Shown one piece after another: positions 45,001 through 52,364 of a stretch of 64,000 bases of DNA. The position numbers were made by a program, and so were the translations under genes. The notes below the pieces were generated by a model. That model saw only the letters and a program-made list of their open reading frames with translations. It was not told the DNA's origin and did not search any database. The stretch comes from Candidatus Angelobacter sp. GTDB taxonomy: Bacteria; Acidobacteriota; Terriglobia; Terriglobales; Acidobacteriaceae. The stretch's first letter is position 1, and every line of letters begins with the position of its first letter. The DNA lies in assembly GCA_035995565.1 (NCBI GenBank), contig DASYKK010000017.1:2286-66285 (forward strand), read 5' to 3'.

Positions 45001-48000
45001 TATCGACTTATGCGATGAGGACGGTCGTGTCAGTGTCCGTTTCCGCGGCTGGGCCGCACAGCCGTTAGAAGGCGAACTGCTAGGTTTCTTGCCCGTTGAG
45101 GCTCCGGTGACCGAGGAAGTGGTTTTGACGCAAGTCTGGGAGCCGGTTTCGATTATGCGGCTTGCACCTAGGCAAGCCCTGGCCACCGGAGGCATGGTGA
45201 TGATCGGTGGCACGTGCGACCAGCGATTAGCGATTCAGCGGCTTTTTCCTGACGCCAAATACGTAGAGCTGGCAACCGGAGAAACCGTCGAATCTATCTG
45301 CGGGAAGATCGTGGATCTGGGCGAGATTGGGCATGTAGTGTGGCTGGTGCCTCAACACCTTCCAGACACGCTGGCAGCCGACTCTATGATTGCCGAGCAG
45401 AGTCAAGGAGTGCTTTCAGGGTTCCGTTTGATCAAGGCTATGCTTGCCGCCGGCTACGGTGCCAGGATTCTGACCTGGACGGTGCTGACGGTCGGGATTG
45501 AGGCCGTTCACGCGACTGAGCTGGCTAACCCTACCCACGCTTCCGTCCACGGATTGATGGGCTCTGCGGCGAACGAACACCCCAGCTGGACCGTGCGCTT
45601 GATAGACCTGCCCGATTCCAACGACTGGCCATGGGAGGATCTATTCGCCGTGCAAGGGTTCCCCCACGGAAACGCATTGTTCTATCGGGAAGGCCGCTGG
45701 TATCGGCAGCAACTCGTGCCCTACCGACTCATCAACGATGCCCCGATGATGGCCTGTGAAGGGGAGGTTTACGTCATCCTTGGGGGCCACGGTGGAATCG
45801 GATCTGCATGGTCCGAGGCCCTCCTGCGCCGGTCGCGCGTACAACTTGTCTGGATAGGCCGGCGGCCGATGGACAACGTTCTGCAGGCCCGACTTGACAG
45901 GTTGGCCTCGCTTGGTCCGGCACCACTTTACATTTCAGCGGATGCAACAGACCTGCAGCAACTCGAGAGCGCGCGCACCATGATCCTTCAGAAGTTTGGC
46001 CGGGTTGATGGGCTGGTTCACGCTGCGATGGTGCTGCACGACCGGAGCCTCGCGAATATGACGGAAGACGCGTTCAGCGCCGCGCTCCGGCCAAAAATCG
46101 ATGGCACCGTTCGGCTGGCTCAGGTATTCGGGCGGGATGCTCTCCGCTTCGTCCTGTTCTTTTCTTCGTGCAATGCTTTCATCAAGTCAGCAGGACAGAG
46201 TAACTACGTAGCGGGATGCACGTTCCTGGACAGCTTCGCGCGCCGCATGTCTCGTGAGTGGCCGTGCAAGGTTCGTATTATCAACTGGGGGTATTGGGGA
46301 AGCATAGGGGCTGTGGCCTCGGAGCGCTATCAAGCTCTTATGGCTGGAAGGGGATTCGGCTCGATTGAGTTGCCGGAAGCAACTAGGATCCTGGACGAAC
46401 TGCTGTGTGGCCCTGAGGTGCAAGTGGCATATCTAAAAGTGACACAGCAGACCGCACTGAGCGCTTTCGACATCCTTTCCGGCGAATGGGTCACCGGCTT
46501 TCGTGAAACGCAGCCCTCGTGCCTGACCGCTATCGAGCGTGTGGGAAAAGCAAATGATGCGAGCGAATGGTCACCTTCACACGATTGGTGCGAGGCAGAA
46601 CAGGAGATCGACGCCCTCCTCATCAATTTGTTGCGGTCCCAGTTGCAATCCGCTGGGATCTTCGGTGAGAAAGGCGCCTCCTGGGAGGAGGCGCAGTCGA
46701 GCGGGAAAGTCCAGACACGCTTCCGCCTATGGTTCGAACACAGCATTCGCCTGGTGGCGACCAACGGCTATCCACCCGGATGCATACCGCAACGCGATGG
46801 TTTGGACCTGGTTCCCGCAGATAGCGAAGATGCCTGGGGGACATGGGAGAGCAAGAAGGGTCAATGGCTTAAGGATCCCGAGTTGGAGGCCGGCGTAAAG
46901 GTGGTCGAATCTGTGCTACACGCATTGCCGGACATACTAGCCGGACGGCGTGACGCCACCGATATTTTTGCGGATGTTTTTGCTTCCGGGTCGACTCCCC
47001 AGATCGCAAGGATCATGCGGAGAGGTCCGGTCATCCGTTTCTGCAATGAGACGATAGCTCAGGCAGTGGTCCAGTATATTTTGGAGCGCTGTTGCCGGGA
47101 TTCCCACTGCCAGCTGAAAATTCTCGAGATCGGCGCACGAACGCGCAGCACAACCGAGGGCATACTCGCAGCAATTGAACCGCACGCTAGTTGCCTGAAA
47201 GAATACGCCTGTACTGATACTTCAATGCAGGTCCTTTCCGCCGCACGGCGCTGGGCTGGATCTGAGCGCGCCTACCTCAACTACCAGCTGTTCGACGTGG
47301 AGCGATCGCCTGAAGCACAAGGCATGGCAATCGACAGCTACGATTTGGTGATCGCGAGCAATGTTCTGCATGCCACCAGGGACATCCACACAACCTTGCG
47401 CAATGCCAAGGCTTTGTTGAAGACCAATGGGCTTCTCATTCTCCACGACGTAACCGTCAACACCACGTTCGACCATCTCACTGTTGGTCTTCTGGACGGA
47501 TGGTGGCAGTTTTCGGACACCGAACCCCGCATCACTGGCGGTCCTGCGTTGCTGCCAGCGGGCTGGCGTGCTGTCTTGCAACTGGAAGGGTTCGGCCCCG
47601 TGCTCTTCCCGGCCGGGAAAGCGCACGACTACGGGCATCAGGTGATCGTGGCCGAGAGCGACGGTGTTGTCCGACAGCGCCTGGCGCGTTCAGCACTTTT
47701 ACAGGACCAGGTGGGCGCAGATCGAGAACCCGGAAATATTGTCGCGCCGCGTGTTGCAGACGACGGATTGCTTACCAGGGTCGACGAAGTCATGAGCAGG
47801 CCCCGGAACGCCGCGATCACCTACCTGCTCTCCACGGTTCGGATGCGGACGGCTGAGACTCTGGGCGTTGACATCGCTACGCTGGACGCACAATCGCGGC
47901 CATTCGCCGACATGCTGCTGGGCGAATTGGGAATGGATTCTCTATCTTCGAACAACCTGCGTAACACCCTGCGCTTGGAACTCGGCGTGGATATACCGCT

Positions 48001-48127
48001 TCAGCGGATTGTCGGAGGGAAGGTGCAAAGCCTGATCGATGCGCTCTACGACGCGCTGCTTATCCGTCGTGTCAGCGGCGTCGCCGATTCGGAAACCTCT
48101 GATGATCGAGAAACGTACGTTTTTTGA
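35708..48127 (+). CDS. 4139-aa PKS: MT1 - pseudoGNAT - MT2 - ACP - KS - DH - ACP - KS - DH - KR - MT(degenerate motif I) - ACP
   Basis: MT1 VDMGCGDG (36557). GNAT-like start YTVRHACAADLMAL (37250). MT2 VRILEIGAGTGG (38201). ACP Ser codons at 38963, 42095 and 47939. KS1 DTACSSS (Cys 39707) with HGTGT and NLGHLE; KS2 ETTCSSS (Cys 42869) with HGTGT and NIGHLE. DH HxxxGxxxxP His codons at 41129 and 44309, each with DxxxQ. KR GGHGGIG (45782) and SNYVAG (Tyr 46205). MT3 LEIGARTRS (47123-47149). No AT motif (GHSxG/GQGSQ) follows KS1 or KS2. Confidence 0.95.
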   Translation: MLELLNRYSHGLAAIPIIHALKQRGCLAWIEAAGPFCSEQLEIEFSGNRGYVEVALRMLTCLGWLRCPSAGRYEATAELARYREVPDRILELYRFPFHQYVERSSGESLAFWLKLSARRWNIDHAVLPDYLDGLLIIPLLLELKAQRRLDVIVETGALDAIATLCLRLDQPVRREVERLFVSRKWASARSLRLNRVGRFIIDRIHITAALASYRPMFSCVEDLLFGDHARVFAPDLANRETHVDRTLNVRGSGFQHEKYFSALCDLVVQVFDHGAYASQPKYIVDMGCGDGSMLRRIYETVRDRTRRGQVLEQHPLILIAVDFNDEALFAASQTLDGIDHITFKGDIGDPAGLMQSLRERGIDDAGRVLHVRAFMDHNRRYVVPETHDAAQRRPRFGGSCIYVDVNGSSIPAGDLIQSTIEHLQRWAKILNEHGMLALEVHCLSAQATATYLDESESFHFDTYHSLSHQYPLEAETFLACAAEAGLFCRKGHCVGFPAKLEFTRITLSHFEKRPYTVRHACAADLMALTDLDCASRASPPVPAQDPVRWLETQLREFSEGQFVLVMEGQIVAAICCLRANSPGSVSVGATFGDQSYVTDLLQFVEQYWAVKKISVAGIEDCLAEVRALPARHAVAPAVARDVTTLVAKYPFAAENDPRDGERELGIFALRWVVAHLQRMGALRQPEEVYQLRDLKQLLRIAPKYDRYFEALLRRFDREGLVRLKDLRVETTTLVREYALQSVPDQVADFKENFQQRHPACASHLNLTACCLARYEEILTGAIDVTNVLFEDANMDVFKNVFCGDAVSDYFNRIVADAVNCTILRLQPLPTKVRILEIGAGTGGATIGILEVLESFAGLVEFCFSDVSLAFTRHAKDRFADRYPWIDYRSLDIEQDLSRQGFGDHTFDIIVASNVLHDTHDIEVTLQQTRRLLRAGGLLIMNEYTSVKDCLSFSGALLHGWWLFRDPQRRLSDSCLLSVPQWRSALEHTGFELLQAFALPTQSPNSECSQSVMLCEATERPNIQHVQNDVQNDGSNVAKTVIEGARSTRKHGIVGDFVEQDILVILGPERAKGYLTHRPVMELGLDSIELVELRQLLEKRFSVKLSPSFLFEYETHEKMVEALVPLVSEEKLRDRSALKLLDQADHESDSGENNQEAASVRPRLEKEPIAIIGVACRFPGGATSPDKLWTLLERGAHGIVPMPPNRWEWPAFVDVNEKHKGIDRGGFLARIDEFDASFFRTSPREAELMDPQQRLLLELSWEALEDAGHQPAELSGREVGVFVGACHFDYRDVLVASSAVADAYIGSGSAQSMLANRLSYFYDLKGPSLCIDTACSSSLVALHEAVCAIRRGDCEQAIVGGVNLLCSPTNSVAYYLGGMLSPTGECRAFDAAANGFVRGEGGAVLLLKPLYAALADRDAIYGLIKGAAVNHGGQAASLTAPKPDAQAAVIEAAWLDAGVPAESVGYIETHGTGTRLGDPVEISGLTEAFRRLYNAQGSSWPVMPRCAVGSVKTNLGHLEGAAGLAGLIKVLMSMRRGLLLATVNFERLNPEIDLKASPLFIVERNQVWHPYCDAHGNELPRRAGVSSFGFGGANAHIVVEEYRGIAQEFSATDAGPWLIVLSARSQAQLVAQAGRLADFMERANPSLREVAYTLQVGRTAMRERLAFIVKSNKALIFALRSYVTGEPTTLEHFHSGTVEDRLDHALADTAKQAINTYISSKDLLNLSSLWVKGVEIDWERLYGESKPRRLSLPTYPFARERYWPDAPEETQVVGGVARLHAVVHQNTSDLEEQRYSTTFTGQEFFLGDHRIAGQRLLPAVVYLEMVREAVTRARQKSWEREGERGAGTLRLMDVTWLRPLMVREAPVEVHIGLYPERDGIAFEIYSGSVRGEGGEVVYAKGVAVMGAEAAAPRLDVGAIKARCQAGSYEAASCYAVLDEQGIVYGKSHRGIEALYVGLNEAVAKLRLPSSVWASRGDFVLHPSLMDSSLQATIGFSLTGGEGAGARKRALPFALRTAEIHGACTEKMWAVVRREEAGADRKGISRYDIDLCDEEGWVCVRLKGLATRVSGGSEESASRAAGEVSSAIRPVVVDGLQADVQAELMRAISKLMKLQPDKIRADAEFSGLGLDSIALIGLADQLSAEYGIAVKPYEFFESPTLEGFSGYLVRTWPDVMAAHFAVQAGGPPVVEAPEGKALEKRRVRRSRFALVGATGGGEAAEGIAIIGMSGRFPMAKDVDELWENLLSGRDCIGEIPPERWDWRAVYGDPGEENKTDIKWGGFIAGMDEFDPQFFNISTREAELMDPQQRLLMIHIWKAIEDAGYAPSKLWGSNTGIFVGTGLSDYARLMAQAKVGIEGYTAMGTVASVGPNRMSYFLNLHGPSEPIETTCSSSLVAIHRAVSAMRSGHCEMAIVGGVNTILTPDLHISCTKAGMLSGSGRCRTFSDRADGYVRSEGVGILVLKRLAAAEQAGDHIYGVILGSAENHGGRANSFTSPNPQAQAELLRRAYTQAGVDPASVSYIEAHGTGTQLGDPVEVDGLKTAFRDLYQSWGSEVQAGHCGLGSVKSNIGHLELAAGVAGVIKVLLQMKHRILVPGLHCETINPYIQLEGSPFYIVRERTEWKTGQNGDNVHDLPRRAGVSSFGFGGVNAHVVLEEYVPRIEIPRRTVTRERPALVVLSARDEVRLHEQAEGLQAALGQQRFDAADLIDIAYTLQVGRNAMEERLGLLVNSISDLEQKLQAFLNNKDEGKREGVYRGQGGKNQDVLGILRADSEFHTVIDRWIEQHQSEKLLDVWVKGVEIDWERLYGESKPRRLSLPTYPFARKRCWLPKSKATGMQIVHPLLNQTEAGDSGFCFSTVLTGAEDFLTDHVIQGRKVLPAVVYLEIARAAAEHVALSSISPAAGQQSAIALRNVVWLRPFIVGAKPAQLHLRLTPNDTGLGFEISSNLEGTDRGGVVYARGHARASAAVPAPVLDIAGLHAQCDRLHYSGNDCYQALRSLGFHSGPAHRCISEIHVGNEELLAKIQLRASPVHVYDGFVLHPGVADSAIQAIIGFMLADRRSDAEAIKPALPAELDSVEIFAPCALAMWALIRRDKDKFDIDLCDEDGRVSVRFRGWAAQPLEGELLGFLPVEAPVTEEVVLTQVWEPVSIMRLAPRQALATGGMVMIGGTCDQRLAIQRLFPDAKYVELATGETVESICGKIVDLGEIGHVVWLVPQHLPDTLAADSMIAEQSQGVLSGFRLIKAMLAAGYGARILTWTVLTVGIEAVHATELANPTHASVHGLMGSAANEHPSWTVRLIDLPDSNDWPWEDLFAVQGFPHGNALFYREGRWYRQQLVPYRLINDAPMMACEGEVYVILGGHGGIGSAWSEALLRRSRVQLVWIGRRPMDNVLQARLDRLASLGPAPLYISADATDLQQLESARTMILQKFGRVDGLVHAAMVLHDRSLANMTEDAFSAALRPKIDGTVRLAQVFGRDALRFVLFFSSCNAFIKSAGQSNYVAGCTFLDSFARRMSREWPCKVRIINWGYWGSIGAVASERYQALMAGRGFGSIELPEATRILDELLCGPEVQVAYLKVTQQTALSAFDILSGEWVTGFRETQPSCLTAIERVGKANDASEWSPSHDWCEAEQEIDALLINLLRSQLQSAGIFGEKGASWEEAQSSGKVQTRFRLWFEHSIRLVATNGYPPGCIPQRDGLDLVPADSEDAWGTWESKKGQWLKDPELEAGVKVVESVLHALPDILAGRRDATDIFADVFASGSTPQIARIMRRGPVIRFCNETIAQAVVQYILERCCRDSHCQLKILEIGARTRSTTEGILAAIEPHASCLKEYACTDTSMQVLSAARRWAGSERAYLNYQLFDVERSPEAQGMAIDSYDLVIASNVLHATRDIHTTLRNAKALLKTNGLLILHDVTVNTTFDHLTVGLLDGWWQFSDTEPRITGGPALLPAGWRAVLQLEGFGPVLFPAGKAHDYGHQVIVAESDGVVRQRLARSALLQDQVGADREPGNIVAPRVADDGLLTRVDEVMSRPRNAAITYLLSTVRMRTAETLGVDIATLDAQSRPFADMLLGELGMDSLSSNNLRNTLRLELGVDIPLQRIVGGKVQSLIDALYDALLIRRVSGVADSETSDDRETYVF
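40892..40980 (+). repeat. 89-nt intragenic direct repeat, copy 1 (post-KS1 linker)
   Basis: tgggtcaagggagtggagatcgattgggagcgtctgtacggggaatcgaaaccccggcgcctgagcctgccaacttatccttttgcgcg. It is identical to 44084-44172 except for one base (ccggcg versus ccgccg). Confidence 0.9.
44084..44172 (+). repeat. 89-nt intragenic direct repeat, copy 2 (post-KS2 linker)
   Basis: 88 of 89 nt match 40892-40980. Both copies encode WVKGVEIDWERLYGESKPRRLSLPTYPFAR, while the flanking sequence is clearly diverged. Confidence 0.9.
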
Positions 48128-48170
48128 TACCCGGCCCTGAACTCCTTGACAAATGAATGTGGACTGACTA

Positions 48171-51100
48171 ATGGATAAAGTTGCCCTATTGCTGGACGAA
48201 GTTGCGCAGCTCGGAGTGACGCTCGCTGCAGAGAGTGGGCAGCTTCGGATCAGTGCGCCGAAAGGGACGCTGACCCGCGAACTGCAGCGCCGAGTTGTGG
48301 AAAGCAAAGACGAGATCCTGCGTCGATTGCAGACGGTCGCATTGTCGGTTCCGGTACGTTCCAGCGTTCGCCTGAAGCCGGACCCACTGGGTGACGCTCT
48401 TTCCTTCCCTCTCTCGGACCTGCAATTAGGGTTCTACATTGCCAACGATTCCTATATGGAGTTTCACGTCAGACCCCATTGCTATCTTGAGTACGATTTG
48501 ATTGACCTGGATCCCGTGGCCTACGAAGCGGCTTGGAACAAGATGTTGCATCGCCATCGCCGCGAGCTTTGCACGGTGACCCGCGACATCAAGTTGAAGC
48601 TGCTGAGTGGTGACCCCATCCTTCGATGCCAGATCTACGATTTGCACGGTTCGAACGCCGAAGAAGTTGGTGGCCGCCTGCTGGGCATACGCAAGGAGAT
48701 GAACCGGCAGGAGTTGCCTTTGGATGCCTGGCCGTGGCTGGATCTTCGTATATCGCTATGGACGGAAAACGGCCGGGAGATGGCGCGCGTTCATTACAAT
48801 CATAATAATTTTTTTTCCGATGGCTTCGGGACGATGCAGTTCCTTCACGAGATCGACGAATACTATTCAAATCCTGGCCTGACCTATCCCCCTCTTACTC
48901 TGTCCTATCGCGATGCCGTGCTCGGTCTTGAACGCCTGGACAAATCGGAACTGGGTGGGGCGGCCTACAATTACTGGGCCGCGCGTCTTCCGGGTTTACC
49001 GCCGCCGCCAAGTCTGCCTCAGAAGGCCGGACTTAACCGCCGCTGCAGATCACAACTGGAGCGGAGGGAAGGTGGAATCGAGAAGCCGCTGTGGGATGCT
49101 TTCAAGAGCCGTGCGGCCGCCTTTGGGATCACACCGTCCAACGCAATGATTGCTGCGTATGCCTACGTGATTGTGACCTGGAGCAACTCGGACCATTTCA
49201 TCCTGAGCCAGATGGTAACCCGGCGGTTCGCGGACCTTCATCCAGACCTCACGCGGATGCTGGGCAACTTCGCGTCCCTGTACCCACTGGAAATCAAATT
49301 GAGCGCGTCCGCTTCGTTCGCAGACAACGCGAAGAGGATCCAGGAACAGGTGATGGAGGACATGGAACATCTGCAAATCGGCGGGATGCGGGTCTTGCAG
49401 GAGCTAAATCGTTTGAAGGGTTCTTTCGGAACGGCACCCTCTCCTTTTGTCGTTGGCAGTGGTTTGTCTCTCAAGAAATACAAGAAGGCTGCGTACACCC
49501 TTCTGGAGACTTCGCAAACAGTTCTGGACCATCAATTCTTTGAACTCGAAGATGGCAGCTGCTACTACGTTTGGGACCTAATAGAAGTGTTTTTCCCGGA
49601 GGGCGTAATCGCCCATATGTGGGACGCCTTCAACCGCTTGGTGCACCTTCTGGCCAGCGACAGCAGCGCCTGGCTGCACACCGATTTCGATCTGGTGCAT
49701 GTGCGCGACTTGCGCGATAGGCACGAACGAAACCAGACCGCAGAACCGGTATCTACTTCGGGACTCCATGCGGCCCTCAGCAAAGAGGCAGTGGTCCGGA
49801 GCAATAGCATCGTTCTATTAAGTGCACAAGGTCCGCTGTCGTACGGCGCGCTGGATGCCGAGAGCAATGCGCTCGCCGCAGAGTTGTGGAAAAGGGGCGT
49901 CAGGCGAGGCGATTTGGTCCCCGTAATCATGGATAGGGACAAAGAAATGCTGGTTGCCGTTATGGCCATCCTGAAGGCGGGTGCAGCGTATGTGCCGATC
50001 GACCCGCGCCTGCCGCAGGCACGGATCGCATTGTTGCTGACCAGCGTTGGGTCGCGTCTGGCGGTGACCCAGCCGAAGTACACCGGGCTGCCCGCCTGGC
50101 CTGAAGGCATGACGGTTCTTTGCGGTTCGCTGAACGGGCCCGCTGCCGGAGCGTCGAATGGCGACATATCCTGTACCGCTGGAAACTCAGACTTGGCCTA
50201 TGTGATTTACACTTCAGGTTCGACAGGAACGCCAAAGGGAGTAATGATCTCTCACTGCGGCGCCTTGAACACGATCCTTGACATCAACCGACGGTTCAAT
50301 GTGGGTCCCTCTGACAGGCTGTTCGGCGTGTCGGAGTTTAACTTCGACCTGTCTGTCTACGACATTTTTGGGACCATTGCCGCTGGCGCGTGCCTCGTGT
50401 ATCCAGATCCCGAATCGGCCCAGGATCCCATGCATTGGCTCGAGTTGACCCTGCGGGAGAACATCACAATCTGGAACTCCGTGCCAGCCTTGATGCGCTT
50501 GTGGGTCGAAGCAGCGGAAAGGCGGCGGGCCCGCGTCCCTTCGCTGCGCCTTGTGTTGCTCAGCGGGGACAAGATTCCACTCGACCTGCCGGCCGCAATC
50601 AGACTTATAGCACCGAATGCCAACATTGTCAGTCTTGGTGGCGCCACTGAGGCCTCAATCTGGTCCATCCTTTATCCCATCCAACAAGTGGAACCAACCT
50701 GGGCGACGATCCCATACGGCTACCCCATGGTTAACCAACGCTGGTATGCGCGCGATCGAAATGGAAAAGACTGCCCAACGTGGGTTCCAGGCGAGCTGCA
50801 CATCGGCGGCGTGGGTTTGGCGCAGGGATACTGGCAGGATTCGGAGAAGACTGAACGTAGCTTTTACCTCGATCCGTTGACCGGAGAACGGCTATATCGC
50901 ACTGGTGACCTTGGGCGGTATTTGCCTGGCGGTTGTCTGGAATGGATGGGACGGCTCGATTTTCAGGTGAAGGTGCAGGGGCAACGCATCGAACTCGGGG
51001 AGATCGAAGCTGTGCTGGGGGAGCATCCGTCCATTGTTCAGGCGGTAGTTGTGTTAGAGGAGACCATGGGACGACATGAGCCGAGATTGGTCGGTTACAT

Positions 51101-52364
51101 CGTTCCCAAGGAGGATGCGTGCGTAGAAGTGAAGCACATTGTGTCCTTCCTCCAGAACAAGCTGCCCCCGCATATGTTGCCAACGGCCTGGCGGATGCTG
51201 GAGCGGCTGCCATTAACAGCGAATGGGAAAATCGACAGAAAGGCCCTGCCGAAAACACATTTCATCGCAGATGCGGATTCCCATAAGAAACGAGAGTATG
51301 TCGAGCCCGTTAACGCTATCGAGCAAAGACTGCAAGCGATCTGGGAATCCATTCTCGGCGTCGCGCGAATCGGTGTTACCGACGATTTTTTCGATCTGGG
51401 CGGGCAGTCATTCGATGCCATACGAATTTTCGCGTTGATCAAAGAAGAGCTTGGCCGGGCGTTTACGTTGAGCGACATCTGGCAGGCACGCACGATTCGC
51501 GAGCTTGGGAAGGGCATAACGTGCCCGGAAGACACGCCGCAAATTCACAGAATCGTGCCCATCGATCTAAGAGGCACTGGCGACTCTTTGTTCCTCGTGC
51601 ATCCCGCCGGGGGTTCAGTGATGACGTACACACACCTCGGTGAGCGGATCAATCGTCCACTCTACGGAATACAAGCCTTCCCCAGACTAGATGATACGCG
51701 CCGGCGAACGGATGTCATCGCAATGGCCAAAGAGTACGTTACGGAGCTTAAGCAACACCAACCGGCGGGTGCGTATTTACTAGGGGGTTGGTCGTCAGGC
51801 GCGATGATCGCGTTTGAGATGGCCTCGCAGCTCGAGGCTTCCGGGGAGCGCGTAAATCAGGTGTTCATTCTGGACGGACCAGCGCCGGTCCCGCGCGCCG
51901 ATGTGAGCGATAAGCGCCTGTTGCTCTGGTTCCTGCAGGATCTGGTGCTTGACCTCCCCCTTGAGCGGCTAGAGGGCGAGACCTTCCTGGGCTTGAAACC
52001 GGAGGAGCAGTTGCGCAAAGCGGCTGCACTGTTGAAGGGGCCTGGTATGCTCGGGCTCGATATTGAATCTATGATGGAGAGCTTCCTGGTTTTTAGAGAT
52101 GTCGTCATTGCAGGAACCCGCTATAACCCGACGCGCATTTCCTCCAATTTGACTGTCGTGCGCGTGGAAGACGATATCGTGGACGAGTTCTCCACCCACC
52201 CAGGCCGGGACGCAATCGATTGGGGTTGGAGCCGGTTCACCACAGGAAATGTACGCTGCATACGAGTATCCGGCACACACCACACGTTTCTGAAACAGCC
52301 AATATTGGGGGACTGGTGCGAGCTGTTTAACGGAGCCGAACCTGCCGGCGTGAGGAGGGCGTGA
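48171..52364 (+). CDS. NRPS: TubC-type docking - Cy-like (NxxxxD variant) - A (Cys-type signature) - T - TE
   Basis: Docking-like LLDEVAQLGVTLAAESGQLRISAPKGTLTRELQRRVVESKDEILRRL. Cy1-like FPLSDLQLGFY (48405). NNFFSD (48804-48821) sits where Cy domains have DxxxxD. A motifs: YTSGSTGTPKGV (50209), FDLSVYDIFG, WNSVPAL, SLGGATEASIWSI, YRTGDLGR, LPLTANGKIDR. T GGQS (Ser 51408). TE LFLVHPAGGS and GGWSSGA (Ser 51792). Confidence 0.95.
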   Translation: MDKVALLLDEVAQLGVTLAAESGQLRISAPKGTLTRELQRRVVESKDEILRRLQTVALSVPVRSSVRLKPDPLGDALSFPLSDLQLGFYIANDSYMEFHVRPHCYLEYDLIDLDPVAYEAAWNKMLHRHRRELCTVTRDIKLKLLSGDPILRCQIYDLHGSNAEEVGGRLLGIRKEMNRQELPLDAWPWLDLRISLWTENGREMARVHYNHNNFFSDGFGTMQFLHEIDEYYSNPGLTYPPLTLSYRDAVLGLERLDKSELGGAAYNYWAARLPGLPPPPSLPQKAGLNRRCRSQLERREGGIEKPLWDAFKSRAAAFGITPSNAMIAAYAYVIVTWSNSDHFILSQMVTRRFADLHPDLTRMLGNFASLYPLEIKLSASASFADNAKRIQEQVMEDMEHLQIGGMRVLQELNRLKGSFGTAPSPFVVGSGLSLKKYKKAAYTLLETSQTVLDHQFFELEDGSCYYVWDLIEVFFPEGVIAHMWDAFNRLVHLLASDSSAWLHTDFDLVHVRDLRDRHERNQTAEPVSTSGLHAALSKEAVVRSNSIVLLSAQGPLSYGALDAESNALAAELWKRGVRRGDLVPVIMDRDKEMLVAVMAILKAGAAYVPIDPRLPQARIALLLTSVGSRLAVTQPKYTGLPAWPEGMTVLCGSLNGPAAGASNGDISCTAGNSDLAYVIYTSGSTGTPKGVMISHCGALNTILDINRRFNVGPSDRLFGVSEFNFDLSVYDIFGTIAAGACLVYPDPESAQDPMHWLELTLRENITIWNSVPALMRLWVEAAERRRARVPSLRLVLLSGDKIPLDLPAAIRLIAPNANIVSLGGATEASIWSILYPIQQVEPTWATIPYGYPMVNQRWYARDRNGKDCPTWVPGELHIGGVGLAQGYWQDSEKTERSFYLDPLTGERLYRTGDLGRYLPGGCLEWMGRLDFQVKVQGQRIELGEIEAVLGEHPSIVQAVVVLEETMGRHEPRLVGYIVPKEDACVEVKHIVSFLQNKLPPHMLPTAWRMLERLPLTANGKIDRKALPKTHFIADADSHKKREYVEPVNAIEQRLQAIWESILGVARIGVTDDFFDLGGQSFDAIRIFALIKEELGRAFTLSDIWQARTIRELGKGITCPEDTPQIHRIVPIDLRGTGDSLFLVHPAGGSVMTYTHLGERINRPLYGIQAFPRLDDTRRRTDVIAMAKEYVTELKQHQPAGAYLLGGWSSGAMIAFEMASQLEASGERVNQVFILDGPAPVPRADVSDKRLLLWFLQDLVLDLPLERLEGETFLGLKPEEQLRKAAALLKGPGMLGLDIESMMESFLVFRDVVIAGTRYNPTRISSNLTVVRVEDDIVDEFSTHPGRDAIDWGWSRFTTGNVRCIRVSGTHHTFLKQPILGDWCELFNGAEPAGVRRA

